Shown piece after piece: positions 59,601 to 64,000 of a stretch of 64,000 nt of DNA. Each line of letters starts with the position of its first letter. Position 1 is the first letter of the stretch. The notes below the pieces were generated by a model, which saw only the letters and a list, made by a program, of their open reading frames with translations, made no database searches and was not told the origin of the DNA. The position numbers were made by a program, and so were the translations under genes. The stretch comes from Tubulanus polymorphus (lineage: Eukaryota > Animalia > Nemertea): positions 14,825,653 through 14,889,652 of the forward strand of contig NC_134028.1 in assembly GCF_964204645.1 (NCBI RefSeq), given 5' to 3'.

Positions 59601-60140
59601 AAACTTATGAAACACTCGCTGACCCTTAGTCTGATAAATCGATAATAAGGAGTAATATTAATGAGTAATATTAAAAAGCAATATTAAAGAGTTTTATTAT
59701 TTTAATTAATAATAGTTTGTGTGTTTAAATTTGAATGTACCAATAATGATAAAGAATATAAATAAGAAAGATGATATTTCGGCTTACATTGTATATTACT
59801 ATTTAGACAAAATTAAATATCGTTCATTATGGGAATTGTGTTCATTGGATAAGTTAAAATAAATGAGTTCGAGGGTTGGAAAAATAGCATATATGTTATC
59901 TCTTCGGTGCGGTTGAGAAGGAGAGCAGACCGGCAGGTATCATGACGTCGAGGGTCGGGTTAAAGTTAGCGGCGAATGAAAAGTCTAGGAATCAGGACCC
60001 CAGTCATGGTGCACGGCTAGTTAGTAATTAGAAAAGTGGGGTTTCAGATCAGAGGGCGAGAGGGCGAGACACCACTCATCACCACAAGTAATTTTTTTTC
60101 CTAACACTCATCACCACAAGTAATTTTTTTTTCCTAATAA

Positions 60141-60338
60141 ATGGGAGACAGTGAGTTCCAAACAGAAAAAAGTGATGTTAATGAAAATCAATATTATTGT
60201 CCATATTGTAAAAAATACATCGATAAACCTTACATGGAAAATGTTAGAAATTATATTGATTCACTAGAAATAAAAGATACAATTGAAATTTTAGAAATAT
60301 TACGTAGTAAAATTGTGACACACATAAACAGTGAGTGA
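60141..60338 (+). pseudogene. internally deleted pPolB N-terminus fused to TIR sequence
   Basis: DVNENQYYCPYCKKYI joined to KPYMENVRNYIDSLEIKDTIEILE (cf. 22067-22525). Confidence 0.75.
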
Positions 60339-60478
60339 GCGTAACAACAGCTGCGCGTGTGTTAACTGTACTTGGATAAATAGAGTGAGGCTTGGGTGAG
60401 AACAGTTAATAGCGTGTTTGTTATATACAGGGGAAGTAATCCCCACTCATCACCACAAGTAATTTGTTTTCCTTATAA

Positions 60479-60805
60479 ATGGGAGATAGAAAAGCATTCT
60501 TAGCAACAATAAATAACAGAATAAAACCAGCAAAAAAACAATTTGAAATAAAAAAGTTAGTTGATGTTACAAAAGAAATTGAACATAAAATATTGAAATT
60601 AGAAAAGATAAAAACTAAATATGGAGAGAAAGTATCAGCTAATTTAAGCTACTGTAATGTTAGTACATCACGAGAATTTAAAGTGTTTTTACCCGATAAA
60701 TGGGTTTCATTGAGTACAGAGGAATTGAAAGATTTAGTAGGATTTAAAATAATATATCATGGGAAAAATGAAGACGGTCATCATGATTTGGAAATTGTTG
60801 ATTAA
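60479..60805 (+). CDS. 108-aa Maverick terminal ORF, unknown function
   Basis: Intact frame; TAAATG start within the TIR motif; homologs at 27628 and 21272. Confidence 0.7.
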   Translation: MGDRKAFLATINNRIKPAKKQFEIKKLVDVTKEIEHKILKLEKIKTKYGEKVSANLSYCNVSTSREFKVFLPDKWVSLSTEELKDLVGFKIIYHGKNEDGHHDLEIVD

Positions 60806-61808
60806 ATAAAAAATAAAAATAATGAATATCTAGAATCCAAAATGACCTTAGTCGTTTTATAAACAACTACAATCATACAGTACATCTGTTACATGTTATT
60901 ATAAGAGAGTGTTTCATTTGAATATTGATCGATCAAACAGGTGTTGCACAACGCTGTTGTTATATAATAAGCACGCAGTACATATAACACACAAGCCAGT
61001 TAGCCGGTATTGAATTACTGCGTTTTCATTAGTTGCTGAAAACGAGGTTTATTTAAATTAGCTCGGCCGTGACGACAGGAGGATAGTCATCATTCTCTCG
61101 TGATTAAAAGGAATATTTCAATGTTTTTACGGTAAGTTTTAGCAAAATTGCCCTATCCTCGACCTACAGAGTTTTCAGGGGATAAGCATCCCATTATTGA
61201 AAGGCGCCACGGGACGCTTATCCCCCGTCATTTCTACTTACACCCCCGGCGACCCACGTCAACCGGGATCTCCTTCAATGATTGGTAGAAATCACATTAT
61301 ATTAAAGGCGCCTAATGTAATTTCTACCAACCTCGAAATTCGAAACCGAAGGAGAAACCCGGAGAGTGGACGAAGGTGCATTTTCAAAATGCCTCTGCTG
61401 GCCAGAGCTACTCCAGTGGTTGAATGAATTACCTTATATACTTAGCTAAAACACCTAAGTAAATGTTGTTGGTGCTAAAAAAATATGTGAAATTTGAAAT
61501 TATAAATTATTCCGAATGAAAAGAATGTAAGAATGAAAACTGATAAATGAATTATGTATTTTTAACTTAATTATGATATAATTTTTAATCAAATTAGTAA
61601 TCAATTACTATGTTAATTGATTAACAAATTCAAATTCAAATATTCAAATAAAAACAAAATAAATTAATAAAAATAATGAATATCTAGAATCCGAAATGAC
61701 TTATCTGGACAATTTAATTGCTCCACAGTGATAGACAAAAGTAGTGAGATGGTGCCGTACGGTGATATGGTGATATTCAATTATTTTTTTTGCTTTTTTT
61801 CTAAAATA

Positions 61809-62177
61809 TTAATCCATTTTTTTTATTATCAATTTTGGAATTTCAGAAGTACTTTCATTTTTGATAGCAGTTGGTTCAGAATTACTAATATCATGAATTT
61901 TATTTGATTTCTTATACCAATTACACCCAATCAAAATGAATACAATTACAAATCCAACTGTAAAATATAAATATTTATCAAATATTCTACTATCAGAAGG
62001 AGTAGAAATAACAATATTTTCACCATTTTTATTAACATTTTTATTACTTATTTTTTCTTTTACAGCTTTTTTATATTCTTGTGATTTAATTCCTAATTGT
62101 CGAGACCATTCAATTTGTTTCTGAGTTCTCGGTTTTTTCTTCACAGTTAATTCCTTCACTTCTTTCACCTCGCTCAT
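61809..62177 (-). CDS. small basic TM protein
   Basis: Homolog of 28129-28482. Confidence 0.75.
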   Translation of the reverse strand: MSEVKEVKELTVKKKPRTQKQIEWSRQLGIKSQEYKKAVKEKISNKNVNKNGENIVISTPSDSRIFDKYLYFTVGFVIVFILIGCNWYKKSNKIHDISNSEPTAIKNESTSEIPKLIIKKMD

Positions 62178-62715
62178 TTATTATAGAAATATTTTTACTT
62201 TCAATATTTGAAAATGTTATAACTCCAGTTGATAATAATGTCATAAATCCACCTAATTGAAATGATAAATATCCAATCCATTTATTTAATTCAGTCATAA
62301 CTAAATAATCATTTTTTAAATCGGAATATAATCTATTTTCATTTTCAATTGGTAGTATATAATTACATAATTTACTATAACCTTTTACTACATTTTCTGA
62401 TATCGTGTCATTAATTCTAGCTGTTCTCGCGGCTTCATAAATCTTAAATAATCTAATAATTTCATCTGATTTCATTGTATCTAATTCATTATAAGTTAAA
62501 TTTTTACCGACAAAATTTTTACATTTTCCAGATGCTATTAATATTTCTAATTGATGTTTACAGTAAAGATAATATTCATAATTATTATTTGTTGTAACAT
62601 TATTTAAAGCACCATCATCTGGAGTTAATTTTGTTTCTGTTATTCCTAAATCATCTAAAGTTTTTTCAATTGAAACATCACCATTTTTAGATTTTATTTT
62701 CTTTTCACCTCCCAT
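62110..62715 (-). CDS. conserved Maverick hypothetical protein
   Basis: Homolog of 28430-29020. Confidence 0.75.
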   Translation of the reverse strand: MGGEKKIKSKNGDVSIEKTLDDLGITETKLTPDDGALNNVTTNNNYEYYLYCKHQLEILIASGKCKNFVGKNLTYNELDTMKSDEIIRLFKIYEAARTARINDTISENVVKGYSKLCNYILPIENENRLYSDLKNDYLVMTELNKWIGYLSFQLGGFMTLLSTGVITFSNIESKNISIINERGERSEGINCEEKTENSETN

Positions 62716-62999
62716 TTATATAACAAAAAAATTAATTATGTGATGTTGCAACTAGAATTTAACTAGAATGTAACTAGAATTCAACTAGATTAACAAGCTA
62801 GTTGAAATATTGTTGTTTTTATTTATTTCTTGTTAAATCTAGTTGATTTTTGTTTCAACTACTAACAACTAGAATTCAACTAGAATGTAACTAGAATTAA
62901 AATAGATTAACAAGCTAGTTAAAATATTGTTAAATCTATTTGATTTTTGTTACAACTACCAATAACTAGAATTCAACTAGATTAACAAACTAATTGAAT

Positions 63000-63572
63000 T
63001 TAAATAAATTCATATTTAAATGGGTGTTGTAATCTAAATAGTAATTTTGATCTTTTAATATTTTTCAACTCATCCATATATTCATTATGTAAATCATGTG
63101 GAATAATATCATTTTCCTCAAGTGCATTTTTCATCGATTTTCTATCTTTATTGTAGAATAAAACTAGAAATCTAATGTTTTCTCTAAAGTCTTTAACAAT
63201 TGAATTATATTTTTGATTTAAAACCCAAGTTGTTATCCCAAAATGTCTGCCAGAGAAAGCTAAATAACATAACTCACTTTCTCTAACTTTTGAATCATGT
63301 AGATTAGCACAATCATCTATGATAAATAATGTATTTGATCCTTTATAAATATCAATTGCTATTTTTATACAATTATCTAAATTTTCTTTTACTGTTTTAG
63401 GATCTAATATAATAAATTTATTATTTCTAGTAATATTTCTATCATAAGTTTGATTAAATTCATATGTTGGACAAAATAATACTATATTATCAAAATAGTT
63501 TTTGTAAACAGTTTCTAATAAATTTAATATAAAATAAGTTTTTCCACAATTTGTTACACCAGAAATTAACAT
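63000..63572 (-). CDS. A32-like (FtsK/HerA superfamily) packaging ATPase
   Basis: Walker A GVTNCGKT, Walker B FIIDD, SGRHFGITTWVLNQ. The original ATG (~63608) appears mutated to ATA relative to 50668. Confidence 0.9.
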   Translation of the reverse strand: MLISGVTNCGKTYFILNLLETVYKNYFDNIVLFCPTYEFNQTYDRNITRNNKFIILDPKTVKENLDNCIKIAIDIYKGSNTLFIIDDCANLHDSKVRESELCYLAFSGRHFGITTWVLNQKYNSIVKDFRENIRFLVLFYNKDRKSMKNALEENDIIPHDLHNEYMDELKNIKRSKLLFRLQHPFKYEFI

Positions 63573-63611
63573 ATTATGAGGCTCAAATATAAATAATTCC
63601 TTATTTATTTA

Positions 63612-64000
63612 TATATTTTTAATTTTACTTGATAATATCCATTCATTAAATTTATCTGGCCATCCAACCCATTTTACTAAAGAATATTTTTTTCTTTTAA
63701 CAGTTTTTGTTTTTAGTACTTTTTCAATTTTATATTCTTGTTCTACATTTTCAGTAGTTAAACTTAATTCTTCTTCATAAAAATATCCATAAACTTCTTC
63801 ACCATCTAAATCTTCTAATTTATAGACATATGGTTTTGTTGTTATTACCTTTTTTATTTTATATATTTCTCTAGTAAAATTTCGATCGTATCCTTTGTCA
63901 AATATCTTTTTATACTTAGAAATTCTAACATTTTGACCAACTTTAAATTTAGGTTCACCAAAATCATCTACAAGAAATGCTCCATATAAATTATTCCAAA
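63612..64000 (-). CDS. integrase C-terminal region with chromodomain (partial)
   Basis: WNNLYGAF..FGEPKFKVGQNVRISK..FDKGY..NFTREIY..YKLEDLDGEEVYGYFYEEEL..YKIEKVLK..LVKWVGWP.KFNEWI. Confidence 0.88.

Larger units (their letters stand above)
60023..64000. mobile_element. Polinton/Maverick D (B-family), rearranged terminus and right-arm genes; runs off the window
   Basis: AGTAATTAG terminus with TIR motifs of B; homologs of the 27628-29390 genes, then ATPase and integrase. Confidence 0.88.

Noticed and set aside
57000-60000. Host genes or RNA genes
   Set aside because: No convincing ORF, splice pattern, tRNA or rRNA signature seen.
60011-60022. CACGGCT as partner TSD for CACGCT at 16081-16086
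   Set aside because: Not identical, wrong orientation and a different terminus family.
16087-64000. Free virus or contaminant contig
   Set aside because: TSD, nested eukaryotic transposons and pervasive pseudogenisation indicate chromosomal integration.

Overview
AT-rich animal (probably invertebrate) genomic DNA made almost entirely of nested, decayed mobile elements. The core is a cluster of group-2-type Polinton/Maverick endogenous DNA viruses. They carry protein-primed PolB, major and minor capsid proteins, an A32-like packaging ATPase, an integrase with chromodomain, an HNH nuclease and several small membrane proteins. Maverick B inserted into the penton gene of Maverick A with a 6-bp TSD (TATGAT). 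The locus was then rearranged by two adjacent, base-precise inversions whose three breakpoints are all TTAA, and later by a ~7.89-kb tandem duplication. Reassembling the pieces shows that the pPolB of Maverick B contains a complete LAGLIDADG intein in catalytic motif C (YFD|TDS), while the pPolB of Maverick A has none. Most viral genes start with a poxvirus-late-promoter-like TAAATG behind a T-run, and A-type termini form long hairpins; both hint at a virophage-like lifestyle (inference). Also present: a Gmr1-type Gypsy retrotransposon (PR-INT-RT-RH order), a spliced FLYWCH-MULE transposase, a KDZ/Zisupton-like remnant with OTU and PHD domains, a Tigger/pogo-derived element, a 3-kb TIR element, micro-hairpin insertions and a 118-bp satellite inside the capsid gene. 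All family calls come from manual motif recognition, not database searches.
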